Origin: Vicinamibacteria bacterium
GTDB lineage: Bacteria > Acidobacteriota > Vicinamibacteria > Vicinamibacterales > JAENWD01
NCBI GenBank assembly: GCA_963763095.1
Contig: CAVXNR010000015.1
Coordinates: 73,865-137,864, forward strand
Direction: 5' to 3'
Length of the DNA stretch: 64,000 bases
Position 1 is the first letter of the stretch, and every line of letters begins with the position of its first letter. Shown in pieces: positions 31,165 to 41,984 of this stretch. Below the pieces are notes generated by a model. It did no database searches. It worked only from the letters and a program-made list of their open reading frames with translations, and was not told the DNA's origin. The position numbers and the translations under genes are program-made.

Positions 31165-32976
31165 TCAGCGGGAGCGTTCATAGACGACGCGACCGCCTAC
31201 GACGGTCGTCTCCGGAACGATGTCTCTGATTTGCTCGGCCGGAACCGTGAGGAGATCGTCCGAGAGGACCACGAGGTCGCCCAGCTTGCCGACCTCGATC
31301 GATCCCTTGCGCGTCTCGTCGAACGTGAGGTACGCGGCGTCGATGGTCATCATGCGCAGGGCCTCGTCGCGCGTGATGGCCTGCTCGGGCCCGATCACGC
31401 GGCCCCGTTCGGTTCTCCGCGTCACGGCAACGTACATCGTCAGGAAGGGATTGAACGGATTCAGCGACGTGTTCGGATCCAGGCCGAACATGTGGTCGCT
31501 GTTCAGCACGACCCGCACCCCACCGTTCACCCATTGCCGTAGTCCAATCAGGGTGCGCACGCGGGCTTCGCCGAGCACCTCTGCGAGCACGTCGCCGTCC
31601 TTGTAGTACCACGCGGGCTGGGTGTCGACGATCACGCCCAGAGCAGCGGCGCGTCGTGCTGCGGCGGCGTTGGCGAAGTCCGCATGGATCAGCGTGAACC
31701 GCCGCGGCCGGATGGGGGCCTCGCGGTTCGCGGCCTCGAACGCGTCGAGCACCGCATCGACACCCGCATCGCCCGTCACGTGGGCGCAGGCCTGCCAGCC
31801 GTGACGATGTGCCGTGAGAACGATTGCCAGCATCTTATCCGGCGACAGTGTGAGGAAACCGCGATCGTCAGGGTTGGCCAGTCCGTACAGAGCCGCGGCC
31901 GCCTCGCCCCACGGCTGGCGCATGAACGCGGTGCCGCTGAGGATGCCACCATCCGCGAATACCTTCAGCGCTCCGCCCTTCAGCTGATCGTCTCCCGCCC
32001 TGAAGCCCGCCGGCACGGTCCGCAGGAACTGCTCCGTCCCGTCCTCCGTGCCATCGGATTGGACCAGCAGGGTGACCACTGCGCGAAGCCGCAGCCTGCT
32101 CTCCGCATGCAGCTGCTCGTAGGCCCGGTACCCTTCGACAGATGCAGCGCGCTCGACGATGCTGGTGATTCCGACGGCGGCATAGCTCTGGTGCACGCGG
32201 GCCAGCCACTCCAGCGGCGGCCCGCCTTTGCCGGTGCGCGTATCGAAGCGCGACAGCAGCGCGCCCACGTTCCGCAGCAGGCCGGTTGGCTCACCGGCCG
32301 CGTCCCTGACGATGACGCCTCCAGCGGGATTCGGGGTTGCGGGCGTGATCCCGGCGGCACGGAGCGCGGCCGAATTGACGGCCAGCGCGTACGCACCATC
32401 CACGACGACCGGGTGCTCTGGCGCGGCGGCATCGAGCTCCGCCCGCGTGGGGAACCGGCGCTCGCGCAAGCGCGGCGGAAAGGTGCGCGGTGTCCAGATC
32501 CAGCCGCCGTCGGGTACTGTTGCTGCGCGTGCGCGCACCCATGTCTGCAGGCTGGGGATGTCCTGGAGCGAGACGTACGGCTGGAATGCCTCGCCCTCGG
32601 CGACACCGAGCGCATGCACGTGGCTCTCGATCAGGCCCGGCACCACCGTGCGACCGCCGGCGCGGATCACGCGCGTGCGGTCACCGATGAACGGTGTGAT
32701 GTCGGTGTCCTTGCCGACCGCGACGAACACGCCGTCGCGCACGGCGACGGCCCCGGCAATGCGCGATGAGGGATCGACGGTGACCACCTTACCGTTCAGG
32801 ACGACCAGGTCCGCTGGCGCCTGGGCGTACGGCAGTAATGGGAGGGCGATCAGCAGCGCCGGAATCACCCACCCACGGGGCGCCCGGGCGCGTGGGGAGG
32901 GGTGTGGGCGAGCGCGTTGCTGCACGCGTGGCATGCGGCGGATTCTAGGTCGGGTCAGCCCTGCCGTCTCAGACAT
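31165..32976 (-). CDS. secreted Amidohydro_3-family metal-dependent hydrolase
   Basis: The signal peptide is WVIPALLIALPLLPYAQA. Motifs are GLIESHVHALG and VLNSDHMFG. The start may be ATG 32934 instead. Confidence 0.82.
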   Translation of the reverse strand: MSETAGLTRPRIRRMPRVQQRARPHPSPRARAPRGWVIPALLIALPLLPYAQAPADLVVLNGKVVTVDPSSRIAGAVAVRDGVFVAVGKDTDITPFIGDRTRVIRAGGRTVVPGLIESHVHALGVAEGEAFQPYVSLQDIPSLQTWVRARAATVPDGGWIWTPRTFPPRLRERRFPTRAELDAAAPEHPVVVDGAYALAVNSAALRAAGITPATPNPAGGVIVRDAAGEPTGLLRNVGALLSRFDTRTGKGGPPLEWLARVHQSYAAVGITSIVERAASVEGYRAYEQLHAESRLRLRAVVTLLVQSDGTEDGTEQFLRTVPAGFRAGDDQLKGGALKVFADGGILSGTAFMRQPWGEAAAALYGLANPDDRGFLTLSPDKMLAIVLTAHRHGWQACAHVTGDAGVDAVLDAFEAANREAPIRPRRFTLIHADFANAAAARRAAALGVIVDTQPAWYYKDGDVLAEVLGEARVRTLIGLRQWVNGGVRVVLNSDHMFGLDPNTSLNPFNPFLTMYVAVTRRTERGRVIGPEQAITRDEALRMMTIDAAYLTFDETRKGSIEVGKLGDLVVLSDDLLTVPAEQIRDIVPETTVVGGRVVYERSR

Positions 32977-33593
32977 CCCACTGGCGGAAGGTCAGGTTCA
33001 AGCGTCCCTGCATCGCAAGGGCCGGAGGAGCGGTGCCTGGGATGATGCGAGACACCCCGTGGTATCGCAGACGGGAGGGGCCGCCGAAGACGAAGGCGTC
33101 TCCTGACTCGAGCAACAGCGCGGTCACGGGCTCGCGGCGGCGTGTCCCGCCAAACAAAAACCGCGCAGTGTCGCCAATCGACAGCGAGACGACCGGCAGT
33201 CCGGCGGCAATCGATCGCTCGTGCTCGTCCTTGTCCTGGTGCAGCCCCATCCGACCGTCCGTGTCGTAGAAGTTCATGATGCAGATGTCCGGGTCCAGCG
33301 ACATGCCAGCCGATGCGGCGACGTTCTGCGCGAGCGCGCGGAAGTCGTCGGGCATCGGAGGTGCGGGCGCGCCGTCGAAGTCGGTTCGGGTCGATTCGGT
33401 ACTGATAAAGCCTGCCGTTCCAGTGTCGGCCGAGGCAGAGCATCCGCACGTGCATCGTGCCGCCGCCGCGAACCGTGGGCACGTAGCCCGGCACGGGCCC
33501 GTCCAGAAGCGCCCGGCATCGATCGCGCAACGCCAGCTGCTCCTCGACCCTGAGCAGGTGCCGCAGGTGAAACGCGCCGGGGCCGAGATTCAT
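32969..33593 (-). CDS. alkB: alpha-ketoglutarate-dependent dioxygenase AlkB (frame broken near 33398)
   Basis: The N-terminal frame (ORF 32955..33593) reads MNLGPGAFHLRHLL...GRHWNGRLYQY. The C-terminal frame (ORF 32969..33355) reads ...MPDDFRALAQ..LHQDKDE..RLRYHGV..RLNLTFRQ. They join as YQY|ESTRTDFDGAPAPPMPDDF after removal of one nt. Confidence 0.85.
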
Positions 33594-33610
33594 TTGTTTC
33601 CCTCTACGAC

Positions 33611-33710
33611 TCCAGGCTCCAGGCTACAGCCTGCAGGCTGCAGAACTGTCGGGCCGGCGAGCCTTGAGCCCAACAGGCCGGCAGCCCGTAGTCTGCAGCC
33701 CGCCGCCTGA
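33611..33710. repeat. heptamer tandem array (TCCAGGC-type x5) followed by related degenerate GCAGCC units
   Basis: TCCAGGC TCCAGGC TACAGCC TGCAGGC TGCAGAA lies at 33611-33645. ggcagcccgtagtctgcagcccgccgcctg lies at ~33679-33708. Confidence 0.75.
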
Positions 33711-33766
33711 TAAATGTGAGCCGTTTGCATGCCGTCCGCCACGTCGACGCGTTATCATCAAAGGCT

Positions 33767-34777
33767 ATGCGCCCGTCCCGCATCCAACGCCGTGAACTGC
33801 TCGCGCTCGGCACGGTGTCTCCGCTGCTGTCGGCCGCCCTGGCGGCTCAGGCTGGGTCGTCTGCCTCGACGACCATCCCCGACGCGAGGCGTAGCGAGCT
33901 TTATGCGTTGCTCGGCAAACTGCCGGACCGGCATCGGCCTATCCGCAAAGACAAGATCAGCGAGGAGGAGCGGGACGGCTACGTCCTCGAGCGCTGGGTC
34001 TTCGACCTGAACGGCATCGAGCCAGTGCCCGCGTTCGTGGCGAGACCGCGGAACTCGACGGGCCGCGCACCCGCCGTCCTCTTCAACCACTCGCACGGGG
34101 GCGGCTACACCATCGGCAAGCAGGAGTTCGTGGACGGCCGCAGCTATCTGCAGCCCACGCCGTATGCGAAGGCGCTGACGGACCGCGGCTACATCGCTCT
34201 CTGCATCGATCATTGGGTGTTCGGCGAGCGCAGCCACAGCACAGAGGCGGATACCTTCAAGGCCATGCTGTGGCACGGGCAGGTGCTCTGGGGCATGATG
34301 GTGTACGACAGCCTCCGGACGCTCGACATCCTGGCTGAACGACCCGATGTCGACCCTGAACGCATGGCTACGCTCGGCATCTCGATGGGCAGCACGATGG
34401 CCTGGTGGCTGGGCGCGCTCGATGAACGGGTCAGAGCCACGGTCGACATCTGCTGCCTCACGGATTTCGGGACCCTGCTTGCCAGGAAGGCGCTCCGGCT
34501 GCACGGCGTGTACTGCTATGTTCCATCTCTGCTCGAGCGTTTCACGACCGCCCAGATCAACGCGCTCATCGCGCCCCGGGCGCACCTCGGGCTGGCCGGC
34601 CTGCGGGATGAGTTGACGCCGGTCGAAGGGCTCGACATCATCGATCGTGCGCTGCAGCAGGTGTATGCCGAGGCAGGGCACCCCGAGCGCTGGAAACTGC
34701 TCCGGTACGATGTCGGCCACCAGGAAACGGCCGAAGGACGGCAGGAAATCCTCGCGTTTCTCCAGCGGTTCCTGTAG
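33767..34777 (+). CDS. exported alpha/beta hydrolase (dienelactone hydrolase / acetyl-xylan-esterase-like)
   Basis: [29 protein letters not shown] is a TAT-like signal. The nucleophile elbow is GISMGS. Start at ATG 33767. Confidence 0.75.
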   Translation: MRPSRIQRRELLALGTVSPLLSAALAAQAGSSASTTIPDARRSELYALLGKLPDRHRPIRKDKISEEERDGYVLERWVFDLNGIEPVPAFVARPRNSTGRAPAVLFNHSHGGGYTIGKQEFVDGRSYLQPTPYAKALTDRGYIALCIDHWVFGERSHSTEADTFKAMLWHGQVLWGMMVYDSLRTLDILAERPDVDPERMATLGISMGSTMAWWLGALDERVRATVDICCLTDFGTLLARKALRLHGVYCYVPSLLERFTTAQINALIAPRAHLGLAGLRDELTPVEGLDIIDRALQQVYAEAGHPERWKLLRYDVGHQETAEGRQEILAFLQRFL

Positions 34778-34913
34778 GCACCGTGCGGCCGCTCGCCGCG
34801 CACCGATCTGTGAACGGTGCGCGCGAGATACGCGTCCGCGCCCGCGCCCGTCCTTCGCATGATTTCGTAACGCCCGGATCCAGAACGCAGGGACCAACGG
34901 AGGCCCTCATCCG

Positions 34914-36299
34914 ATGACCATCGCACATCACAAGAGCGTCGCAATCCTCGTGGGGGGCGGTCCCGCGCCCGGGATCAACAGCGTCATCAGCGCGGCCACC
35001 ATCCGGTGTGAGCTGGAAGGCGTCGAGGTCGTGGGCATCCGCGACGGGTTCGAGTGGTTGATGCAGGGTAACATCGAGCGCACGACTCGTTTGACGACTG
35101 AGGCCGTGAGCCGCATCCACTTCAGGGGCGGATCCCACATCGGCATCTCGCGGGCGAACCCGACCCTCGACCCCGAGCACCTGGAGCAGACGGTCATCTC
35201 GCTGCTCCGCCTGAACGTCTCGCAGCTGATCACGATCGGGGGGGACGACACCGCCTACTCGGCGATGAAGCTCGAACAGAAGTCCCAGGGTCGCATCCGC
35301 GTGGTCCACGTGCCCAAGACGATCGACAACGATCTCGACCTGCCGCACTACGTGGACACGTTCGGCTTCCAGACGGCGCGGCACCACGGCGTCGAGATCA
35401 TCAAGAACCTGATGGTCGATGCGAAGACGACCTCGCGGTGGTACTTCGTCATCGCGATGGGCCGGAAGGCGGGCCACCTCGCGCTGGGGATGGGGAAGGC
35501 GGCCGGAGCCACGCTCACGATGATCCCCGAGGAGTTCCCCGGGAAAACGGTTCGCCTGAAGACCCTGGTCGACACGCTGGCAGGAGCCATCATCAAGCGG
35601 CTCAGCTACGGCCGCCGCGAGGGCGTCGCAATCATTGCCGAGGGACTGGCGTTGCACATCGACCCTGCCGATCTGGCGCAGCTCGATGACGTCGAGCGCG
35701 ACGATCACGGCAACGTGCGAATCGCGGAGCTGAACATCGGAGAGATCCTCAAGCAGGAGGTCAGCAACCGCCTGAAGCAGTTCGGACTGCGAGCGACGCT
35801 CGTGGCCAAGAACATCGGGTACGAGCTGCGCTGCGCCGACCCGGTGCCCGCCGACATGGAGTACACGCGCGATCTGGGCTACTGCGCCGCCAAGTATCTG
35901 CTCTCCGGCGGTAATGGCGTCATGATCTCGATGCAGGGCGGCCACTTCGTGCCGATTCCTTTCGAGCAGCTGCTCGACCCCGCCACGGGACGTGCGCGCA
36001 TCCGCATGGTAGACATCCGCTCGACGCGGTACGCGATCGCGCGGCGCTACATGATCCGGCTCCGGCGTGATGACTTCAACGATCCGCACGAGCTCGCCAA
36101 GTTCGCAGCCACGGCGGGGCTCTCGCTGCAGGAGTTCCGCCAGGAGTTCGAGTACCTTGTCAACGACGAGCCACCCCCGGTGGTCTTCGACCCGGAGCTC
36201 GGCTTCGTCGAACAGGGGGAGGATCAGACGGAACCTGCCACCCACGGGAAGCGGGGAACGAAAGCTGCCGCTGAACACGGAGCTGAAACGGGATCGTAG
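34914..36299 (+). CDS. pfk: 6-phosphofructokinase (PfkA superfamily, long form with C-terminal extension)
   Basis: Motifs are GGGPAPGINSVI, TIGGDDT and PKTIDNDL. ATP versus PPi specificity cannot be called from sequence reading alone. Confidence 0.88.
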   Translation: MTIAHHKSVAILVGGGPAPGINSVISAATIRCELEGVEVVGIRDGFEWLMQGNIERTTRLTTEAVSRIHFRGGSHIGISRANPTLDPEHLEQTVISLLRLNVSQLITIGGDDTAYSAMKLEQKSQGRIRVVHVPKTIDNDLDLPHYVDTFGFQTARHHGVEIIKNLMVDAKTTSRWYFVIAMGRKAGHLALGMGKAAGATLTMIPEEFPGKTVRLKTLVDTLAGAIIKRLSYGRREGVAIIAEGLALHIDPADLAQLDDVERDDHGNVRIAELNIGEILKQEVSNRLKQFGLRATLVAKNIGYELRCADPVPADMEYTRDLGYCAAKYLLSGGNGVMISMQGGHFVPIPFEQLLDPATGRARIRMVDIRSTRYAIARRYMIRLRRDDFNDPHELAKFAATAGLSLQEFRQEFEYLVNDEPPPVVFDPELGFVEQGEDQTEPATHGKRGTKAAAEHGAETGS

Positions 36300-36312
36300 A
36301 GCTTGTCCGGGT

Positions 36313-37584
36313 TCAGAGACGGCGATACGCGCGATCGAGCAGCTGCATCGTGTGAAGCACCGGTACGGCCGCACCGGAGCGGCCCAGGTGCGTGCTGATC
36401 TGCACCAGGCATCCAATGTTCCCGGCGGCCACGGCCTGCGCGCCGGTCGAGCGGATCGCCTGCGCCTTCCGTGCGCCGAGGTCCTGCGCCGTCGCCGGGT
36501 GCTCGATGTTGTAGAGGCCGGCCGACCCGCAGCAGATCTCGCTGTCCGGAATCTCCACCACCTGCAGGTTCGATACGGCTGCGAGCAGCGCCCGTGGCGC
36601 TGTGCGGATGCCCTGGCCGTGCGCGAGATGACATGCGTCGTGGTACGCCACGGTCAACGGCTCGCGCAGAGGGGGCGGCCGCACGACACCGAGCTCGTGG
36701 AGGAACTCGGCCACGTCGCGCACCCGGGCTGAGAAGCGGCGCCCCTCGTCTTCCTGTGGGCTGCCGCGGAACACGTCGCCGTACTCCTTCATTGCCGAGC
36801 CGCACCCGGCCGCGTTAGTCACGACCGCATCCACATCCTCGGGAAACGCGCCGAGCAGTGTGGCGGCTCGCGCTCGTGCCCGGCGCGCGTCGCCGGTGTG
36901 AAGCGCAAGCGCGCCGCAGCACCCCTGCCGCGCGGGCACGGCCACCTCCACGCCGTTTGCGGCCAGCACGCGCAGCGTCGCGTGGTTGATGTCGGGGTCG
37001 AGCACCTGCTGCACGCAACCCGCCAGCAGCGCCACGCGCGCGCGCCGCGGGCCGGTCGCTGGTACGATTGCGGGCAGAGGCGCTGCGGCCGGCAGGCGGT
37101 CCGGCAGCAGTGCGAGCATCGTGCGCAAGGCGGGTGGGAGCAGGGTCGCACCCGGCCTGACCATCCGCCCGAGTCGCGCCGAGATCCGGAAGAGCGCCGG
37201 CGACTCGAGCGTGCGCAGCAGGAATCCGCGCCGCAGCCGCTCGAGAAGCGAACGGCCCGTCTGCTCGGCCTCCGCCCGGAAGGGCACGAGCAACTCACCG
37301 TACTTGACCCCCGAGGGACACGCCGTCACGCACGCGAGGCATCCGAGGCAGCGGTCGATGTGAGGCAGCGCGTCGCCGAGCGGGAGGTCGCCCTCGAGCA
37401 CCCCCTTCATGAGCACGATGCGTCCGCGCGGCGAGTCCATTTCCTCCCCGAGCACCTGGTACGTCGGGCAGGCAGGCAGGCAGAACCCACAGTGCACGCA
37501 CGTCTCCACTGCGCGCGCCATCGCGGGCGCGTGGGGGTTCGCCGGATCTAGTGGAATCTGGTGTTGCACGGGGAACCAGAGCAA
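36313..37584 (-). CDS. glcF: glycolate oxidase iron-sulfur subunit GlcF
   Basis: Two 4Fe-4S motifs are present, [12 protein letters not shown] and [12 protein letters not shown], with Cys-rich CCG repeats downstream. Confidence 0.85.
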   Translation of the reverse strand: MLWFPVQHQIPLDPANPHAPAMARAVETCVHCGFCLPACPTYQVLGEEMDSPRGRIVLMKGVLEGDLPLGDALPHIDRCLGCLACVTACPSGVKYGELLVPFRAEAEQTGRSLLERLRRGFLLRTLESPALFRISARLGRMVRPGATLLPPALRTMLALLPDRLPAAAPLPAIVPATGPRRARVALLAGCVQQVLDPDINHATLRVLAANGVEVAVPARQGCCGALALHTGDARRARARAATLLGAFPEDVDAVVTNAAGCGSAMKEYGDVFRGSPQEDEGRRFSARVRDVAEFLHELGVVRPPPLREPLTVAYHDACHLAHGQGIRTAPRALLAAVSNLQVVEIPDSEICCGSAGLYNIEHPATAQDLGARKAQAIRSTGAQAVAAGNIGCLVQISTHLGRSGAAVPVLHTMQLLDRAYRRL

Positions 37585-37630
37585 CCGTAATGCAGGGTGC
37601 GCAGGGTCGACTGCACGATGCGATCAAACA

Positions 37631-38698
37631 TCAGCTGAACCTCGCGTCCGGGTCCATGACGTGGCGTAACCGGTCCTCGAAGGCGTTCGGGCTCACTGCG
37701 CCGATGAAGCGCCTTCCGGGAGGGCCCAGCAGTACCTGGCCTTTGAGGTTCATCCCGCACAACAGGTCGGAGAGCGTGTCCAGCGAGTCGCGCCAGGCGA
37801 CGAGCGCCAGGTTGCCGGCCACGGCATATCGCCGCACCGCAGCGTAGGGAGCCATCGCCGCGTCCAGCGGAAGCAGCATCGGCGACGCGATCGGCACGCG
37901 CACGAGGGACGTGTCCCGCGGAGCCCACGCGAACTCCCGCGCATCCCGCCAGACGAGTGCATCATCGTCTCCCCAACGGATCTCGCTCGGTCCCCCGATC
38001 GCCTGCCGGAGAGCCGCCACCCGCGTCGCGAGCGCCTCGCGAAATCCGCCGAGCCGCAGCCACACGGTTCCAGGCGGCTCGACGTCGAGCGCTTCGAGAT
38101 CGAAGCGGGCGCGCTGGACGGCGGCCACGATGGTAGTCGCCGACGCGAGGTCTGTGCCATCCACCCGTACGGTGACGTGCGCTTCTGCGGCAGGGAACAC
38201 CTTGAAGGACAGCTCGGCGAGGATGCCGAGCGTTCCGCAGCTGCCCACGAGCCCCTGGTGGAGCAGGAACCCCGCGGCGTTCTTCACCACCTTGCCGCCG
38301 CTGCGCGTCAGTCTCCCGCGCCCGTCCACGATGCGTGCGCCAATCAGGAAGTCACGTGCCCCGCCGTAGCGATAGCGGCACGATCCGTTCACGCCCGCCG
38401 CCACGGTGCCGCCGAGCGTCGCCCCCGCCCTGGCAAACGGCGGATCGAATGGCAGGTACTGTCCGTGCTGCGCGAGCAGACGCTCGATGTCCGAGATCCG
38501 CGTGCCCGCGAGCGCCGTGAACGTGCACTCCTCGGGCGTGTGCTCGACGATGCCGGCGAGCGCGGTGAGGTCCAGAGTGGGCGTATCTCCGAGGGCGCCT
38601 GATAGCGCAGTCTTGGTGCCCCCACCGCGAACCCGGAGTCGCGGATGTTCGGGGACCAGCGCTTCGAGCGCGGCAATCGAGCCCGGCTGCAGGATCAT
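37631..38698 (-). CDS. glcE: glycolate oxidase FAD-binding subunit GlcE
   Basis: [29 protein letters not shown]... is a PCMH-type FAD-binding domain. ATG 38698 overlaps the glcD stop (ATGA). Confidence 0.8.
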   Translation of the reverse strand: MILQPGSIAALEALVPEHPRLRVRGGGTKTALSGALGDTPTLDLTALAGIVEHTPEECTFTALAGTRISDIERLLAQHGQYLPFDPPFARAGATLGGTVAAGVNGSCRYRYGGARDFLIGARIVDGRGRLTRSGGKVVKNAAGFLLHQGLVGSCGTLGILAELSFKVFPAAEAHVTVRVDGTDLASATTIVAAVQRARFDLEALDVEPPGTVWLRLGGFREALATRVAALRQAIGGPSEIRWGDDDALVWRDAREFAWAPRDTSLVRVPIASPMLLPLDAAMAPYAAVRRYAVAGNLALVAWRDSLDTLSDLLCGMNLKGQVLLGPPGRRFIGAVSPNAFEDRLRHVMDPDARFS

Positions 38699-40141
38699 GC
38701 GCGTGAGATGACGCCGGCACGTTCGAGCGGGTGCAGGCCGTGGGAGAGGCTCTCGCCCGCAGGCGCCGCGAGCTTCTTGCCGGTGTTGGCAATCCCGTGC
38801 GGATCCATCGCGAGACGGATCCGCCGCATGCAGTCGAGATCGGCCTCGCTGTACATCTCGCCGAGGAATTGCAGCTTCTCGAGCCCGACGCCGTGCTCGC
38901 CGGTGATCGATCCGCCCAGGCGGATGCACAGGCGCAGGATCTGCGCGGCCAGGATCTCCGCGCGATCGTGGGCGCCGGCCTCACGGCCGTCGTAGAGGAT
39001 GAGCGGGTGGAGGTTGCCGTCTCCGGCGTGGAAGACGTTTGCCACACGGATGCCGTGAGCTTGCGACAGTTCTTCGATGGTCGCCAGCGCCTCGCCCAGG
39101 CGGGCACGCGGGACGACCCCATCCTGCACGATGAAATCAGGACTGAGGCGTCCGACCGCCGAGAATGCGCACTTGCGGCCCTTCCAGATCCGGGCGCGGT
39201 CGTTTTCGTCGGCGGCGACACGTGTGTGCGCTGCCCCGGATGCCGCGAGGATTTGCATTAGCCGCTCGAACTCCACGGCAACCTGACCGTCTTCGCCCTC
39301 GAGCTCCACGATGAGGACGGCCGCCGCCCCGGTGGGGTAGCCCGCCTGCACGGCTGCCTCGGCGGCGTCCATCGCGAGGCGGTCCATGATCTCCATCGCG
39401 CCCGGCAGCAGGCCCGACTCGATCACGCGCGACACGGCATCACCCGCCGCCTGCAGGCTTGCATAGGCGGCGAGGACGGTGCGATAGCCGGCGGGCCGGG
39501 CGACGAGGCGCAGCGTGATCTCGAGCGCGATGCCGAAGAGGCCTTCCGATCCCACGAACAGACCGCCGAGGTCCGCGCCCGCCTGCTCGAGGCTGTCGCC
39601 CCCGAGCGTAGCGATGGTGCCGTCACCCAGCACGACGCGCATCCCGAGCACGTGGTTGGCCGTCATCCCGTGTCGGAAGCAATGCGCGCCCCCTGAGTTG
39701 AACGCTACGTTGCCGCCAATCGTACAGACCGACTGGCTCGAGGGGTCCGGGGCGTAGTACAACCCGTGCGGCGCCGCCAGATGCGGTGACCGCCAGGTTT
39801 ACGACGCCGGGTTGGACGACGGCGAGTCGGGCCGCCGGGTCGAACCGCAGCACGCGGTTCATACGGTTCAGGGCGATCACGATGCCGTCTTCGACCGGTA
39901 CGGCGCCCCCCGAGAGGCTGGTGCCGCTGCCACGGGCCATGAACGGAACGCGCGCCGCGTGACAGGCGCGCACGGTCCCGATGATCTCGTCAGCCGACTC
40001 GGCGAGCACCACGGCACGAGGCCGCGCGCGGTAGGCCGTCAAACCATCGGACTCGTAGGCCGTCAGGGCACCGGCGCGCGTGAGCAGCCGATCGGCCGGG
40101 ACTAGTCGCGCGAGCGCCCGAAGAAGGTCCTCACGGTCCAT
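38695..40141 (-). CDS. glcD: glycolate oxidase subunit GlcD (FAD-linked oxidase); frame broken near 39784
   Basis: ORF 39623..40141 reads [10 protein letters not shown]...[14 protein letters not shown]...[14 protein letters not shown] 38695..39762 frame reads [35 protein letters not shown]. Joined, they align position-for-position with E. coli GlcD ([28 protein letters not shown]). Confidence 0.88.
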
Positions 40142-40164
40142 GCCCCACTATACTGCGCCCCACA

Positions 40165-40228
40165 GATGCAATTGAGATCGGGAGGTGTTTGCAGAAATCG
40201 ACAAACACCTCCCGATCTCAATTGCATC
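40165..40228. promoter_or_regulatory. perfect 27-bp inverted repeat (10-nt spacer) in the glcD / permease divergent region
   Basis: GATGCAATTGAGATCGGGAGGTGTTTG lies at 40165-40191, the spacer cagaaatcga follows, and CAAACACCTCCCGATCTCAATTGCATC lies at 40202-40228. Confidence 0.6.
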
Positions 40229-40257
40229 AATTGCCTGACGTGGAGCCGGAGCTTACG

Positions 40258-41898
40258 ATGAGCTGGACGCAGACCTACGATCCACTCGGCCACGCCTGGC
40301 TGTCGACGGTGTGCGCTGCGTTGCCCATCGTCGCGCTGCTCGGCTCGCTTGCGTTCCTGCGCCTGCGGGCGCACACGGCAGCGCTGATCGGGCTCGGCAC
40401 GTCGGTCCTCATGGCTACGGCGGCGTTCGGCATGCCGCTCAGCATGGCCGTGGCGAGCGCGGCGTACGGCGCCGCCTTCGGGCTGCTGCCCATCGGCTGG
40501 ATCGTGCTGAACGTCATCTTCCTGTACCAGCTGACGGCCGAACGCGGACTCTTCGCCACGCTGCGCCAGAGCATCACGCACGTGACGACGGATGCGCGGC
40601 TGCAGCTGCTGCTGGTGGCGTTTGCCTTCGGTGCGTTCTTCGAGGGCGCCGCCGGGTTCGGCACGCCCGTCGCCGTGACCGGCGCGCTGCTCATCGGCCT
40701 GGGCTTCGCGCCGCTGGCGGCATCGGGCCTCTCGCTCATCGCCAACACCGCGCCGGTGGCATTCGGAGCCCTCGGCACACCGCTCATCGCGCTCAGCGCG
40801 GTGAGCGGACTCGACCTCCACGCCTTGAGCGGCATGGTGGGCCGGCAGCTCCCGTTCTTCTCGGTGCTCGTGCCGTTCTGGCTGGTCGCCGCCTTCGCTG
40901 GATGGCGCGGGATGCTTGGAATCTGGCCGGCGATCCTCATGGCCGGCGTGCCATTTGCCGCACTGCAGTTCCTCGTCTCGAACCTGCACGGACCCTGGCT
41001 CGTCGATGTCGTCGCCTCGATCACTTCGATGGCCGCGCTCGTGCTCTTCCTGCGCGTTTGGCACCCGCGGGACGGCTGGGCCCCTGGCGGACGCATTGGC
41101 ACGCGGATGGACGAGGGCGCGGCCATGCCTCTGCCGACAGAGGTCATCCGCGCATGGATCCCGTGGATCATCCTGAGCGTCGTCGTGTTCGTGTGGGGGC
41201 TGCCGTACATCAAGGGCGCACTCGACGCATGGACGACGGTGCGCGTTCCTGTTCCCGGGCTGCACAACCTGGTGCTGCGCGTGCCTCCCGTGGTGCCCGA
41301 TCCCGCGCCCGAGACCGCCGTCTTCGCGCTGTCGTGGGCGTCCGCGACCGGCACCGGCATCTTCGTCGCGGCGATCCTCGCAGGGCTTGGCATGGGGTGC
41401 TCGCCCACAGATCTGGCGCGCACGTACTGGCGCACCGTACGCCTGGTGCGCATGTCGCTGCTGACCATCGCCGCCATGCTGGCGCTCGGCTTCACGACGC
41501 GCTACGCGGGGCTTGATGCGACGCTTGGACTCGCGTTCGCCGACACCGGCGTGCTCTATCCATTCTTCGGCACGATGCTCGGGTGGCTCGGCGTGGCGCT
41601 GACCGGGTCGGACACATCGTCGAACGTGCTGTTCGGGAGTCTGCAGCGCATCACGGCCGAGCAGCTGGGGATCAATCCCGTCCTGATGGCTGCCGCCAAC
41701 AGCTCAGGCGGCGTGATGGGCAAGATGATCGATGCCCAGAGCATCGTCGTGGCAAGCACCGCCACCCGCTGGTATGGGCACGAGGGCGACATCCTCCGCT
41801 ACGTGTTCTGGCACAGCCTCGCCCTGGCAGCGCTCGTGGGATGCGTCGTGATGCTGGAGGCCTACGTGTGGCCGTTCTCCGGACTCGTCGGCTGGTGA
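40258..41898 (+). CDS. L-lactate/glycolate permease (LctP family)
   Basis: MSWTQTYDPLGHAWLSTVCAALPIVALL... is a ~546-aa polytopic membrane protein with LctP-family blocks (FGLLPIGWIVLNVIFLYQLT, LLVAFAFGAFFEGAAGFGTPVAV). Confidence 0.88.
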   Translation: MSWTQTYDPLGHAWLSTVCAALPIVALLGSLAFLRLRAHTAALIGLGTSVLMATAAFGMPLSMAVASAAYGAAFGLLPIGWIVLNVIFLYQLTAERGLFATLRQSITHVTTDARLQLLLVAFAFGAFFEGAAGFGTPVAVTGALLIGLGFAPLAASGLSLIANTAPVAFGALGTPLIALSAVSGLDLHALSGMVGRQLPFFSVLVPFWLVAAFAGWRGMLGIWPAILMAGVPFAALQFLVSNLHGPWLVDVVASITSMAALVLFLRVWHPRDGWAPGGRIGTRMDEGAAMPLPTEVIRAWIPWIILSVVVFVWGLPYIKGALDAWTTVRVPVPGLHNLVLRVPPVVPDPAPETAVFALSWASATGTGIFVAAILAGLGMGCSPTDLARTYWRTVRLVRMSLLTIAAMLALGFTTRYAGLDATLGLAFADTGVLYPFFGTMLGWLGVALTGSDTSSNVLFGSLQRITAEQLGINPVLMAAANSSGGVMGKMIDAQSIVVASTATRWYGHEGDILRYVFWHSLALAALVGCVVMLEAYVWPFSGLVGW

Positions 41899-41984
41899 CG
41901 TCGCTTGTGACGCCGGCGGGTTACAAGCCGGCACACGCCTCGCATTGACGACTCCGCGTACGTAGACAGCAACTGCTCTTCGCG

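Noticed and set aside
34638-36416. 592-aa reverse-strand ORF
   Set aside because: It is antisense to the clearly recognisable phosphofructokinase gene and has non-protein-like, Arg-rich composition.
40102-41516. ORFs 40102..41265(-), 40275..41495(-) and 40311..41516(+)
   Set aside because: They are alternative frames or strands of the LctP-family permease gene. Only the 40258..41898 frame gives a coherent polytopic membrane protein.
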